A stretch of DNA of 63,860 nt, counting the filler. It is 5 parts of 5 records of this genome, joined end to end, with 100 filler letters (N's around TTAATTAATTAA, not from the genome) between each part and the next. Parts side by side here need not be neighbours in the genome. Positions count along the whole stretch, not along the records: positions 50,051 to 55,116 come from SRR31147125_992; positions 55,217 to 63,860 come from SRR31147125_1028; 3 more parts are not named here. The stretch is one strand, 5' to 3'. Shown piece by piece: positions 55,047-63,860 of this stretch (positions within the stretch are counted from its first letter, which is position 1; each line of letters starts with the position of its first letter). The notes under the pieces were generated by a model, which saw nothing but the letters and a program-made list of their open reading frames with translations, was not told the origin of the DNA and searched no databases. A program made the translations under genes and the position numbers.

Positions 55047-55056
55047 ATTATAAATC

Positions 55057-55092
55057 AAGGTGTTACATTCATTTGTAATACCTTTTTCTTTA
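55057..55092 (+). terminator. Terminator ending the phage operon
   Basis: AAGGTGTTACA-TTCATT-TGTAATACCTT plus T-run. Confidence 0.7.
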
Positions 55093-55116
55093 TATAAATA
55101 AAAAATACGCTAGTAT

Positions 55117-55216
55117 NNNNNNNNNNNNNNNNNNNNNNNNNNNNNNNNNNNNNNNNNNNNTTAATTAATTAANNNNNNNNNNNNNNNNNNNNNNNNNNNN
55201 NNNNNNNNNNNNNNNN
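55117..55216. other. Artificial contig linker
   Basis: N/TTAATTAATTAA/N. Confidence 0.98.
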
Positions 55217-56159
55217 CATAGCAATTGACTTCAATGTAGAGATGAGCTTTAATGTTGCTGAAATTAAAACCATGCTAGATGAATACGAAGCTGATAAGAA
55301 TGCTGGAATGGATATAGAACTTATGTCAGAGAGCTTATACGACTACACAAGCGGCTATCCATACCTAGTAAGTAAGTTATGCTATGTTATAGATAAAGAT
55401 CTAAATGCTGACTTCTCAAAAGAGGGAATAGAGGCAGCCGTTAAATTAATACTAGAAGAAAATAACACGCTGTATGATGATTTGATTAAAAATATAGAAA
55501 ACAACCAGGAACTATACAACCTTGTAGAAAAGATTATAATTCGTGGAGATAGTATTGACTATGTTCAGACAAATCCTTCTATCTCATTAGGAACAATGTT
55601 TGGAATATTCCGAAAGACAAAAGATAAAAAAGTAAGAATCCATAATAAAATATTTGAAATATTACTCTATAATCATATGATTTCTAAGATAAATGAAAAA
55701 GACAATCAGTTGTCTAGGTATAATTTTAGAGACAACTTTATAAATGAAAATGGAGATATAAATTTAGAGAAGATACTGCTAAAGTTCCAACAATTCATGA
55801 AGGAAAATTATAGCGATAAGGATCAGGACTTTTATGAGCGGCAAGGAAGACTGCTGCTAATAGCATTTATAAAGCCAATTATAAATGGAGTAGGCTTTTA
55901 CTATATAGAGAATCAAGTAAGCTATGAGAAAAGATTAGATATGGTAATTACATATAATAAAAAAGAGTATATCCTTGAATTTAAGGTTTGGTATGGTAAG
56001 GAATACCATGAAGCAGGTTTGGATCAACTAGCAAACTATCTTGAAATTAAAAACCATAGTAAAGGTTATCTAGTTGTGTTCAATTTTAATAAAAGCAAAG
56101 AATACAGCAGTAAATGGCTAAGTAATAAAAATAAGGATATATTTGAAATAATCGTGTAG
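55217..56159 (+). CDS. AAA-like ATPase with C-terminal PD-(D/E)XK domain (5' end missing)
   Basis: IAIDFNVEMSF, YTSGYPYLVS, FIKPIING, RLDMVI...ILEFK and QLANYL motifs. Confidence 0.8.
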
Positions 56160-56282
56160 ATCACGTTTTATCTTAACGGTGAAAACAGGTTAGTTATTCA
56201 TTACTTTTATAAAAATGTAGTAAAAACTGTTAATCTTAAAATAATCCAAAATTATAATTTTGGAGAAGAGGCTAAATTTTTT

Positions 56283-56315
56283 TAAGCGAGATGTTTTAAA
56301 TCATCTCGCTTTTTT
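56283..56315. terminator. Bidirectional terminator
   Basis: AAGCGAGATG...CATCTCGCTT plus T-run, between convergent genes. Confidence 0.7.
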
Positions 56316-56321
56316 ATATAC

Positions 56322-57638
56322 TTAATCGTCGGAAGTTCCATAAAGAAGAGCTTCCAATTCTTTCTCGTATTCATCGTTATCAGGGATAGGATCAACTAAC
56401 AAATTAAAAGGAATTTCAATATTAGGAAAATATGATTTTACAATATTTATAAGTTCTTTAGTGTAATGTTTTCTAGAGAGAGGATTATAAGAACCGATTA
56501 AAGTTTCTGTAATAGAATTAAATGTTTTTTCTATTTCATGCAAAATAGTAAAATTAGTAAAGCCCATCTCACGTCCTATTCCTCTCATAAACTTTAAGAA
56601 AATAAAGTAATCATATGATTCTGATTTAGTTTTCTCATTTAAAATATTTCTGAGAATAGAGGTTGTTGAAATATCTTTACTTTTAGAAATACTAAGTGGA
56701 GTATAATTCTCTTCTAAAATAACAAATTCTCTTAAAATCGCAACAAGGTCATATACGTATAAAGGGGTGTATAGTCCTACTCTACTTAAATATACGTCTC
56801 TTATCTTCAATACACTATTGACATATCCTTTTTCAACGAAATTTTTTATTTTGACCATATAATCTTCTCTTGAGTAAGAAGTGCCGCAACATTTATCAAT
56901 GAAATAATTAAGAGTGATATCTTCGAGGTTAATGGGATACAAGTATTCATAGTCTTGATAATGTTCTAATGGGTCGTTAAAGGAGTCTTTATATTCAGCC
57001 CATAATTGTTTATGTATGTATTTTTCTTCTGCAAACTTTCCTCTGAATTCTAGGCTTTTAATTTTTATTATTGAAAGTTCTTCTAGTGTGTAATGATCTT
57101 CATATTGCTTTAGAGTATAGTTATTTTTTAGTTTTGATTGAAGAATTTTTAAATGTAGTAAGCAATTATCAGCATCAAAACTATGTTCAAGTAGTTTATT
57201 GTAAAGGTGTTGCCAAAATAAATAATGAAATTCGGCAAAAGCTTCAGCAACGTCTTCAATAATAGAATCTATATTTTGTAGTTCGAAATTATTAATTAAG
57301 TTTTGCTTAAACTCTATAATATTATCACTATATTTATTGCTGTTGAAACCATCCGGTGTGGATGGTGTACGAGGCACAATCTCTATGTTTTCCTTGCTTA
57401 GTTTCAATAATATATTGTCCTCATAGTCATGAATAAAGCCAAGAAGGTTCCTATATTTTTCAAACTTAATGTATTCTTTGTCTAAATTAAAGAACTTAAA
57501 AAGAGATACTTCTCTTCTAAGTAAATTTCTTCCAATTATTTTGAAGGCATCTTCTTCTTTGTATGTTTTATAGTCAGATAACTTTCCCTTAGCTAAGTCA
57601 GCATTATATATTTCTCTAATTAAATCTATTTTTTTCAA
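56322..57638 (-). CDS. Hypothetical protein (438 aa)
   Basis: Long ORF in AT-rich DNA; AAGGGGA RBS with TTG start; no family recognised. Confidence 0.7.
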   Translation of the reverse strand: MKKIDLIREIYNADLAKGKLSDYKTYKEEDAFKIIGRNLLRREVSLFKFFNLDKEYIKFEKYRNLLGFIHDYEDNILLKLSKENIEIVPRTPSTPDGFNSNKYSDNIIEFKQNLINNFELQNIDSIIEDVAEAFAEFHYLFWQHLYNKLLEHSFDADNCLLHLKILQSKLKNNYTLKQYEDHYTLEELSIIKIKSLEFRGKFAEEKYIHKQLWAEYKDSFNDPLEHYQDYEYLYPINLEDITLNYFIDKCCGTSYSREDYMVKIKNFVEKGYVNSVLKIRDVYLSRVGLYTPLYVYDLVAILREFVILEENYTPLSISKSKDISTTSILRNILNEKTKSESYDYFIFLKFMRGIGREMGFTNFTILHEIEKTFNSITETLIGSYNPLSRKHYTKELINIVKSYFPNIEIPFNLLVDPIPDNDEYEKELEALLYGTSDD

Positions 57639-57780
57639 TGTAATCCCCTTTCAAAAAAATGCAAAAAAATCGCTCCTATTATAATATAAATTAATGTGTT
57701 AACCTTATATCACTCGAATAGAAGCAGATTTATGATGTAAAAGCATTATAACATATTAAAAAATATTAGGAGGGATTTAA

Positions 57781-58680
57781 ATGGAAAAATATAATGAAAT
57801 GGTGAGTAGAGGATTAGATTTAAATGAATTAAATAATATGGATCTTTTAAATATAGGAGAAATTAATTATTATAATTTATATGATGAAGATCCAGAAGTC
57901 TTTGAAGATATGGAAGATAATTTGGGATGTATTAATGAGGTTAAAGAATTCTTAACTGAAAGAATTAAAAGAATGAGTGCTTTTATAGAAGAGATAGGTA
58001 ATTTAACTGGTGAAATAGAAAGTGATGATAGACTTAAAAAAATACAAAAAGATTGGTTCAATTTAATTGAGTTTAAAATGAATTTAGATGCATTAAATAA
58101 AAAATTTATGAAGTGTAAGATAGAATTAATTTTGAAAAATGTAGTTACCTGGTATATGAAATATGGTCAAGATTTAGAAGAGTTTGAATCACTAGATGAC
58201 TGTATTTATCATTATTTTGAATTTTCAGGAGAAGAAGAGATTTATCAAAAAATAAAGAGCAACCTTTCTTCAATAGAAATAGAAATATTGAATGGAAATA
58301 TTTCAGAGAATGAAAGAATGATCTATTTTATTTTAGATGGCTCTAAAGTAAAGTATGAAAGTACTTTACTACACTATTTTTATTCTCGATTTGAGTTAGA
58401 TAGAGAGATGTATTTACTTTACAAGGATTATTCAAATGAGAATAAAAAGTTTGAGAGAAAACTTCAGGAGGTGTATATTGAATTAAACGACTTATTGTGT
58501 GCTACGCAGCTCGAAGAAAGTTTAATAGAAGAGTATGATAATTTAAAGAAATTTATGGAGCCAAATGAAGTAATAAAAAGAGAAAATCTTATGAAAATAA
58601 AAAGCAGTATACAAGAGTTTGCTACAGATAAAGAAACTTTAGATTTGCTTATTGATATTGAAGAATACCTTGAAGCATAA
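57781..58680 (+). CDS. Hypothetical acidic helical protein (299 aa)
   Basis: GGAGG RBS and long ORF; no family recognised. Confidence 0.7.
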   Translation: MEKYNEMVSRGLDLNELNNMDLLNIGEINYYNLYDEDPEVFEDMEDNLGCINEVKEFLTERIKRMSAFIEEIGNLTGEIESDDRLKKIQKDWFNLIEFKMNLDALNKKFMKCKIELILKNVVTWYMKYGQDLEEFESLDDCIYHYFEFSGEEEIYQKIKSNLSSIEIEILNGNISENERMIYFILDGSKVKYESTLLHYFYSRFELDREMYLLYKDYSNENKKFERKLQEVYIELNDLLCATQLEESLIEEYDNLKKFMEPNEVIKRENLMKIKSSIQEFATDKETLDLLIDIEEYLEA

Positions 58681-58810
58681 TAATGACCACTTGTAAAATA
58701 ATCGATTGTCTCTATGTTTTTGTTGGACTTTAACAGTAAAACAGAGTATAATAAAAACACAATCCAATAATTTGCGGAAAACACCGAAAAATTACGGAAA
58801 AGAGGTTTTT

Positions 58811-59623
58811 ATAATAAAACAAAAGTTCATCCTTTATGATATGAACTACTTCTATGCTCAAGTTGAAATTAGGGATAACCCTGAGTTAAAGAATACCCCT
58901 GTGGCTGTAGCTGGTAAACCTGAGATGCGTGGAGCAATCGTAACAACTTGTAACTATATAGCAAGAGAGAAAGGTGTTCATGCAGGAATGCCAAGTATGG
59001 AAGCGAAAGATCTTTGCCCTAGATTGATCTTTAAAAAGCCTAGAATGGATGTGTACTACCAAATACATAAACAAATATCAAAGATAGTAGAGGAGTACTC
59101 AGACTGTATCGAATATATAGCTCTTGATGAGGCCTATATTGATGTGACAAACACAGAGTGGCTGTTTGGAGGAGCTGATAAGATAGCTTTAGAGATTCAA
59201 AGAAGAATCCTTGAGGAAACTGAGCTGACTTGTAGCGTTGGTGTGGGGTATAACAAGATGACAGCAAAGTTGGCAGCGGACCAAATTAAACCATCAGGTT
59301 TCTTTAATATGGATACTAGGGAAAAGTTTCTTGAAGCTATGTCAGAGAAATCAATAAGAAAAATACCTGGTATAGGTTCTAAGATTGAGTATAGATTAAA
59401 CCGACTGGGAATATTTACAGTAAGAGAACTTCAGAATGCAGATCCATTTAAACTGAAGCAGGAGTTTAAGAAAGTTGCTAGTAACTGGCTTCGGAATGTT
59501 TGCCAAGGCTACTCTAATTACTCTGTCGGTATGTTTCATAGAGAAGGTCAAAAAGGAATAGGAAAATCTGTTACTTTAATGCAAAATACACGAGATTATA
59601 AATGGTTAAAAATATATTTATGA
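58811..59623 (+). pseudogene. dinB: DNA polymerase IV (Y family), C-terminally truncated
   Basis: YDMNYFYAQVE, NYIAREKG, LDEAY, AKLAAD-KP and IPGIG motifs; stops at the start of the little-finger domain; ATA instead of ATG after the GAGG RBS. Confidence 0.75.
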
Positions 59624-59649
59624 TTTAATAATAACTTAAAGAAAGGATA

Positions 59650-60069
59650 TTAATTAAATGCTATCTTAAATATTTCTAGGGCAACTTGAAATTGATTAAT
59701 ATTAATTTTAAAGCCATATTTTTTAGCTTTTAATTCGGGATTCATCCAGTTTGCTGACAAAAATATATAACCAAAACTTTGTGCTAAGTTATAGTGGAAA
59801 TTTTTATATCCTACTATAACTAAATCACCTGGAATGAAAGATCTATTAAAATCTTTTACTGTTTTTTTAGCTTCAGCTCTGGTTAAAGTATAGATTGTCG
59901 ATCCAAAGATCTGTTTTAATTTATTACGCTTATTATAATCATTAGACATAAAAATAAATATATAAGTTTTTTTATATTTTTCGATTATTTCATATAATTC
60001 TTTATATTCATCTTCCTTAATTTTTAAAATTATATCAGCAGGTACTAGAATAGCTTTAATTTTCCCCAA
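59650..60069 (-). CDS. Hypothetical protein with a degenerate HAD-like fold
   Basis: GGAGGA RBS, TTG start; LVIVG...LAQSFGYIFLSANW resembles HAD motif IV region without the Asp residues. Confidence 0.55.
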   Translation of the reverse strand: MGKIKAILVPADIILKIKEDEYKELYEIIEKYKKTYIFIFMSNDYNKRNKLKQIFGSTIYTLTRAEAKKTVKDFNRSFIPGDLVIVGYKNFHYNLAQSFGYIFLSANWMNPELKAKKYGFKININQFQVALEIFKIAFN

Positions 60070-60175
60070 TTTAATCCTCCATTAATTTTTCAATTTTTAT
60101 AATACTTAGTCGAATCTACTTATCTTTTATTTAAAGGGTTGATATAGTAACACTAACAGTTTTTTATTCTCCTTA

Positions 60176-60205
60176 AGATGGGAGAACCTAGTTGTTCTCC
60201 CATCT
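60176..60205 (-). terminator. Hairpin downstream of the peptide gene
   Basis: AGATGGGAGAAC-CTAGTT-GTTCTCCCATCT, perfect 12-bp stem, no clear U-tract. Confidence 0.5.
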
Positions 60206-60253
60206 ACTAGGAATTTAATCATTTATAAGAGCAAAAGGTTGTGACGATCTTTT

Positions 60254-60331
60254 TTAACATGCTCCACATGAAGCCTCCGCAAAAGCTAAAGCAGTAGTTA
60301 GAATAAAAATTAAAAACATTGTCCTTTTCAT
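60254..60331 (-). CDS. Putative secreted signalling-peptide precursor MKRTMFLIFILTTALAFAEASCGAC (25 aa)
   Basis: AAGGAG RBS; basic N-region, hydrophobic core and A-F-A cleavage site; divergent from an HTH-TPR gene. Confidence 0.75.
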   Translation of the reverse strand: MKRTMFLIFILTTALAFAEASCGAC

Positions 60332-60477
60332 AAATATCATCTCCTTAAAATTTTTCTTAATTTTAACGAATTAATAGACAAAAAAAACAAATTATGATAA
60401 TATGATTTAAAGTTAATAAGAAAATGTAATTTTTATTATTAATTTTATCGAATAACTAAAAATTGTGAGGCAAAACA

Positions 60478-61719
60478 TTGGAATTATTAAGTTCAGGAGA
60501 AAAGTTAAAAAAAATAAGAAAAAAACACAAAATTACTCAAAAGGAGTTAGTTAGAGGTATTACTACAACAGCGACATTGTCTTATATTGAAAATAATAAG
60601 TTTAATATAAGTGAGGAATTAGCTTTAAAACTTTGTGAACGGTTAAATGCTTTTAGTGTTGATTCAAAAAATCTTATTGAACCTAAAGAACTTTTTAAAT
60701 CTAAAAAACAACTTGAAGAGGAGTATGTAAATCATTATTTGAAAAAAATAAATAAAATGAAAGTTGAAAAGCTGCACAAAGTGTTAGCTCCTTTTAATGA
60801 TTCTGATAATTATTATCAGAAAAACAGATTATTTTTTGTTGCTGCAGCTTATTTGTTTAAAAAAAATTGGAGTTATAGTCGTAAATTGTTCGAAGAAGTG
60901 GTTGATATTTCAATCTTTAATAATTATAAATTTTCAAATGCTACAATATTATTTCTACAAAGAATCTATATTCAAACTGATTTAAATGCTTGTCAGAATC
61001 TATATAAAAATTATAAACACCATCTTTTGCAGGGGGATTATCCTGTTAAAGGGTTTGTTTTGTACAACTTTGGAGTTACTTTTTTGAGGTTGGAGGAGTA
61101 TAAAACAGCATATTTACTTTTTTATTCTTCACTTCAATTAAAAACTTCAGATAATGTAAATGAATGGGGAATGAATAATTTAGTTCTTTGTCAGCTCAAA
61201 TTAAAAAAATATAATGAAGCTTTAGACTTCTGTTCTAAGCTACTTAATAAAACCTCAAATGATTTTATTAAAAAGAATTGTTATTCTAATCTACTTTCAA
61301 TAGGAATACGAACGAAAGATTCTTTTTTAATCGAAAATAATATTGTTAAACTTGTTAATCATATTGAAAAACTAGAAGAAAGCTTTAAACATCAAGGATA
61401 CTTTTCTATTGCTAAGGGGTACTCCTTTCTTGGTGATAGGTTGAATAGTGGTCGGTTTTTTCTTAAAGAATTACAACTTGGTTATAAAATTAAAAATTCT
61501 CATTTTGACTTTAATGTTTATGAGGTGTGTATAGAAAATCTACTAGAAGTCTATCTTGATCTAGACATAAAGGAATTAAAAAATCTTGAGAAACATATTT
61601 TTGAAATTCCTTATGAAAATTTATCTAAACAACTTCTTTCAAAAATTATTCATAAATATAAAGCTTCGTATCCTTTAGCAGCGTTTAATATATTTTTGAA
61701 AAATTTAATATCTATTTAA
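60478..61719 (+). CDS. XRE-HTH plus TPR transcriptional regulator (RRNPP-like)
   Basis: GEKLKKIRKKHKITQKEL...LSYIENNK HTH; TPR-like helices (LYNFGVTFLRLEEYKTA, NNLVLCQLKLKKYNEA, YFSIAKGYSFLG). Confidence 0.8.
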   Translation: MELLSSGEKLKKIRKKHKITQKELVRGITTTATLSYIENNKFNISEELALKLCERLNAFSVDSKNLIEPKELFKSKKQLEEEYVNHYLKKINKMKVEKLHKVLAPFNDSDNYYQKNRLFFVAAAYLFKKNWSYSRKLFEEVVDISIFNNYKFSNATILFLQRIYIQTDLNACQNLYKNYKHHLLQGDYPVKGFVLYNFGVTFLRLEEYKTAYLLFYSSLQLKTSDNVNEWGMNNLVLCQLKLKKYNEALDFCSKLLNKTSNDFIKKNCYSNLLSIGIRTKDSFLIENNIVKLVNHIEKLEESFKHQGYFSIAKGYSFLGDRLNSGRFFLKELQLGYKIKNSHFDFNVYEVCIENLLEVYLDLDIKELKNLEKHIFEIPYENLSKQLLSKIIHKYKASYPLAAFNIFLKNLISI

Positions 61720-61829
61720 CCTCCTTTTAGTTGAGGAAATTATCTGGTTTGATGTGATAAAATATATGTTATTTTTGTACTTAAGCTTAAAAACGTGGCT
61801 AAAACATCTAAAGAAATTAATAACAAAGA

Positions 61830-61880
61830 AAAAGAGAGGTCAACCTAGAAGTTAAATTCTAGGCCTTGACCTCTTTTTTT
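61830..61880. terminator. Bidirectional terminator between the regulator and the pyrF operon
   Basis: AGAGGTCAA-CCTAGAA...TTCTAGG-CC-TTGACCTCT with flanking A/T runs. Confidence 0.7.
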
Positions 61881-61892
61881 AGTTTAAGTTTA

Positions 61893-62192
61893 TTAGTTTG
61901 TAGACTGAGAATATACAGATATCTGATTATAAAAATCCAATGCTTTCAATTTTCCTTCTTCTTCAGATGAAAAATTATTAAATCGGCATAATCCATTTTT
62001 ATAGAAATGAAAAATTTTTGATTCTTCTTTAACAATTAAGCAATTATCATTTAGAAACATTCCCTTCATGTGTTTTGCTTTAATCATTTCTTCAATGGTT
62101 TTCAAATTAATTTCATTTTTAATTTTCATTACTGTAGTAAATGTTTCTAATTCCGAACAAAATTTTTCAGTTTTAATAAAAGCTAATTCCAT
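61893..62192 (-). CDS. Hypothetical protein (99 aa), possibly TBP-like fold
   Basis: Abuts the pyrF stop; FHFYKNGLCRF...SSEEEG pattern. Confidence 0.6.
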   Translation of the reverse strand: MELAFIKTEKFCSELETFTTVMKIKNEINLKTIEEMIKAKHMKGMFLNDNCLIVKEESKIFHFYKNGLCRFNNFSSEEEGKLKALDFYNQISVYSQSTN

Positions 62193-62855
62193 TTAATTCG
62201 TCTCTTTTTCATTAATAAAGTCAAGAACAGCTTTTCTAGGGTTATCGGCTTGGTAGATAGATCTTCCAATTATTGCATAATTAGCGCCAGCATCAATAAC
62301 TTGCTTAAACTTACCTCCTTGTGCTCCCACGCCACATGAAACAATTATTTTATCATTTCCAATTATTTTCCTCAATTTTTCCACTTCTTCAGGTCGTGTT
62401 CCAGGGGCTTGAATACCAAAACAGTCTAGTAAATTACATAGTTCTGCAAAATTTTGAGAATGCTGTCTAGTAAACTCTAATCCACCCGGATGAGTTAATT
62501 CTGTAACTATTATAATTTTAATTTCATCCTTAGATTTTTCTTTAAGTTCTAAAATGGCATCTGATCCAATAAAACCATGAACCATAATAGCATCTGCACC
62601 AGCTTCTCTAGCTAGATCGATTATTCTATTATTCGTAACAGGAACATCAGCAACCTTTAAATCAGCAACAATAGGTAATTTATATTTTTCTTTAACTTCA
62701 GTAATTATTGAGATTCCTTCTTTTAATATTAAAGGATAATTAAACTTAACTGCATCAATTAAGTCGTGACATTGATCCATAACTTCAAAAGTTGTCTTTC
62801 TATCAGGTGTGTCTAGAGCTAACATAATATTACTATTTTGATTTAATAAATTCAT
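62193..62855 (-). CDS. pyrF: Orotidine-5'-phosphate decarboxylase (archaeal-like)
   Basis: LALD, DLKVADVPVTN, VHGF, GVGAQGG and IIGRSIY motifs; GGAGG RBS before ATG 62855. Confidence 0.85.
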   Translation of the reverse strand: MNLLNQNSNIMLALDTPDRKTTFEVMDQCHDLIDAVKFNYPLILKEGISIITEVKEKYKLPIVADLKVADVPVTNNRIIDLAREAGADAIMVHGFIGSDAILELKEKSKDEIKIIIVTELTHPGGLEFTRQHSQNFAELCNLLDCFGIQAPGTRPEEVEKLRKIIGNDKIIVSCGVGAQGGKFKQVIDAGANYAIIGRSIYQADNPRKAVLDFINEKETN

Positions 62856-62893
62856 TTTTCCTCCTAATTTCAATTTTTATTAATTTAACTTTA

Positions 62894-63379
62894 CTATTTT
62901 TCAATTTTTTCTAACTGTAACTCTTTATGCCCAGTATTTTCATCATATTTTTTATACATTCTTATATTATCACTACAAAGTATAGCTAGTTCAACAGTAG
63001 AAAAAACAGTACATCCTCTTAATAGATGTCCTCCAATACAATTACCAGATAAATCATTTAACGTTAAATGAATATGTATATTCTCTTGAGATATAGTTCC
63101 AGTTCCCCCGCATATTTCATAAATACCTTCTTCTTCAAAATAATCATAAACTAAAACGTTAGTTAGCTTATCTCCTGTTTTTGAACAGTAAGCTCTATAT
63201 TTTTTTGTATTTGCACTTGGAAACCTTAATTTTGATTTTTGAAAACTTCCCACAATACTTAAAATATAACCAGCAGTTATCTGGTGTTTTTCGGCGATTT
63301 CTCTTATTTTTGTTTTGAGATCTGAACCTTTTTCTATTCTTTCCGTTATAATTCTTAAATTTTTACTTTCTAAAGCCAT
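62894..63379 (-). CDS. PPC / DUF296-domain protein
   Basis: RIEKGSDL, YEICGGTGTI, HIHLTL and GGHL motifs. Confidence 0.85.
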   Translation of the reverse strand: MALESKNLRIITERIEKGSDLKTKIREIAEKHQITAGYILSIVGSFQKSKLRFPSANTKKYRAYCSKTGDKLTNVLVYDYFEEEGIYEICGGTGTISQENIHIHLTLNDLSGNCIGGHLLRGCTVFSTVELAILCSDNIRMYKKYDENTGHKELQLEKIEK

Positions 63380-63860
63380 AGATCTTCTCCTCTTGTTTTG
63401 CTTAAATTTTCAAGTACAATTTTTAATATTTGTTTGAATTTCTCTTCTTTAGAATCTAAACCATTAATCACATGGTAATTTTTTATTTCACCCCAAGGTT
63501 TGTTTAGAAAAACATCTCTTACTTTCTTCATTCTATTTATGTCTAATTCTTCTCTTTTTTTAGATTTTCCATCTCTGTTTATAATCCTTTTTATGGCAAC
63601 TTCTATTGGGAGGTCAATAAAGATTGTTATATCTGGAATAGGAGCAAATCTATTAATATTTTTTAACCATTCTATATCATTAATTCCACGGGCTGAAAAA
63701 TAAGCATAGGTTGAAAAAACATACCTATCTGATATAACAATTTCTCCGTCCTCTAACTTAGGTAATATTTCTGTTTGAATATGCCTAAGTCTATCACTTG
63801 CTGCAAATAAAGCTAGTTCCTTGGTAAGAGCTGGTGTTTCTTCAATTTCTTGATTTAAAA
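63370..63860 (-). CDS. tmk: Thymidylate kinase-like protein (5' end cut by window end; absent from the ORF track)
   Basis: Minus-strand translation gives ELALFAASDRLRHIQTEILPKLEDGEIVISDRYVFSTYAYF...PDITIFIDLP. Confidence 0.85.
   Translation of the reverse strand, partial: LNQEIEETPALTKELALFAASDRLRHIQTEILPKLEDGEIVISDRYVFSTYAYFSARGINDIEWLKNINRFAPIPDITIFIDLPIEVAIKRIINRDGKSKKREELDINRMKKVRDVFLNKPWGEIKNYHVINGLDSKEEKFKQILKIVLENLSKTRGEDLWL

Larger units (their letters stand above)
50051..55116 (+). mobile_element. Phage fragment (tail/lysis module) using TGA as a sense codon
   Basis: Six tightly packed co-oriented genes appear when TGA is read through; tail-fibre repeats; all true stops are TAA or TAG. 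Confidence 0.85.

Overview
This window is not one replicon. It is five contigs joined by artificial 100-nt N/TTAATTAATTAA linkers. (1) 1-11018: low-GC Mollicutes-like chromosome (Acholeplasmatales/Izemoplasmatales style, standard code) with argS, tRNA-Leu, cls, yaaA, pncB, trmL and ackA. (2) 11119-21092: higher-GC eukaryotic cytoplasmic dynein heavy chain gene on the minus strand with 11 short GT-AG introns. (3) 21193-49950: similar Mollicutes-like DNA with a GH2/sugar ABC cluster, a very acidic PrsA-like lipoprotein, an aro operon preceded by an unannotated Tyr-rich leader-peptide attenuator, and a multisubunit [FeFe]-hydrogenase operon. (4) 50051-55116: a phage structural/lysis module in which TGA is read as a sense codon, most likely Trp (9 in-frame TGAs; a 959-aa tail fibre appears once recoded). 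(5) 55217-63860: an AT-rich accessory region of an anaerobe with a truncated dinB, an HTH-TPR (RRNPP-like) regulator facing an unannotated 25-aa secreted peptide gene (predicted mature EASCGAC), and a tmk-PPC-pyrF-orf operon. The best novelty candidates are the RRNPP/CxxC-peptide pair, the TGA-recoded phage and the Tyr attenuator. All family and taxon calls are from motif recognition by eye; no searches were run.
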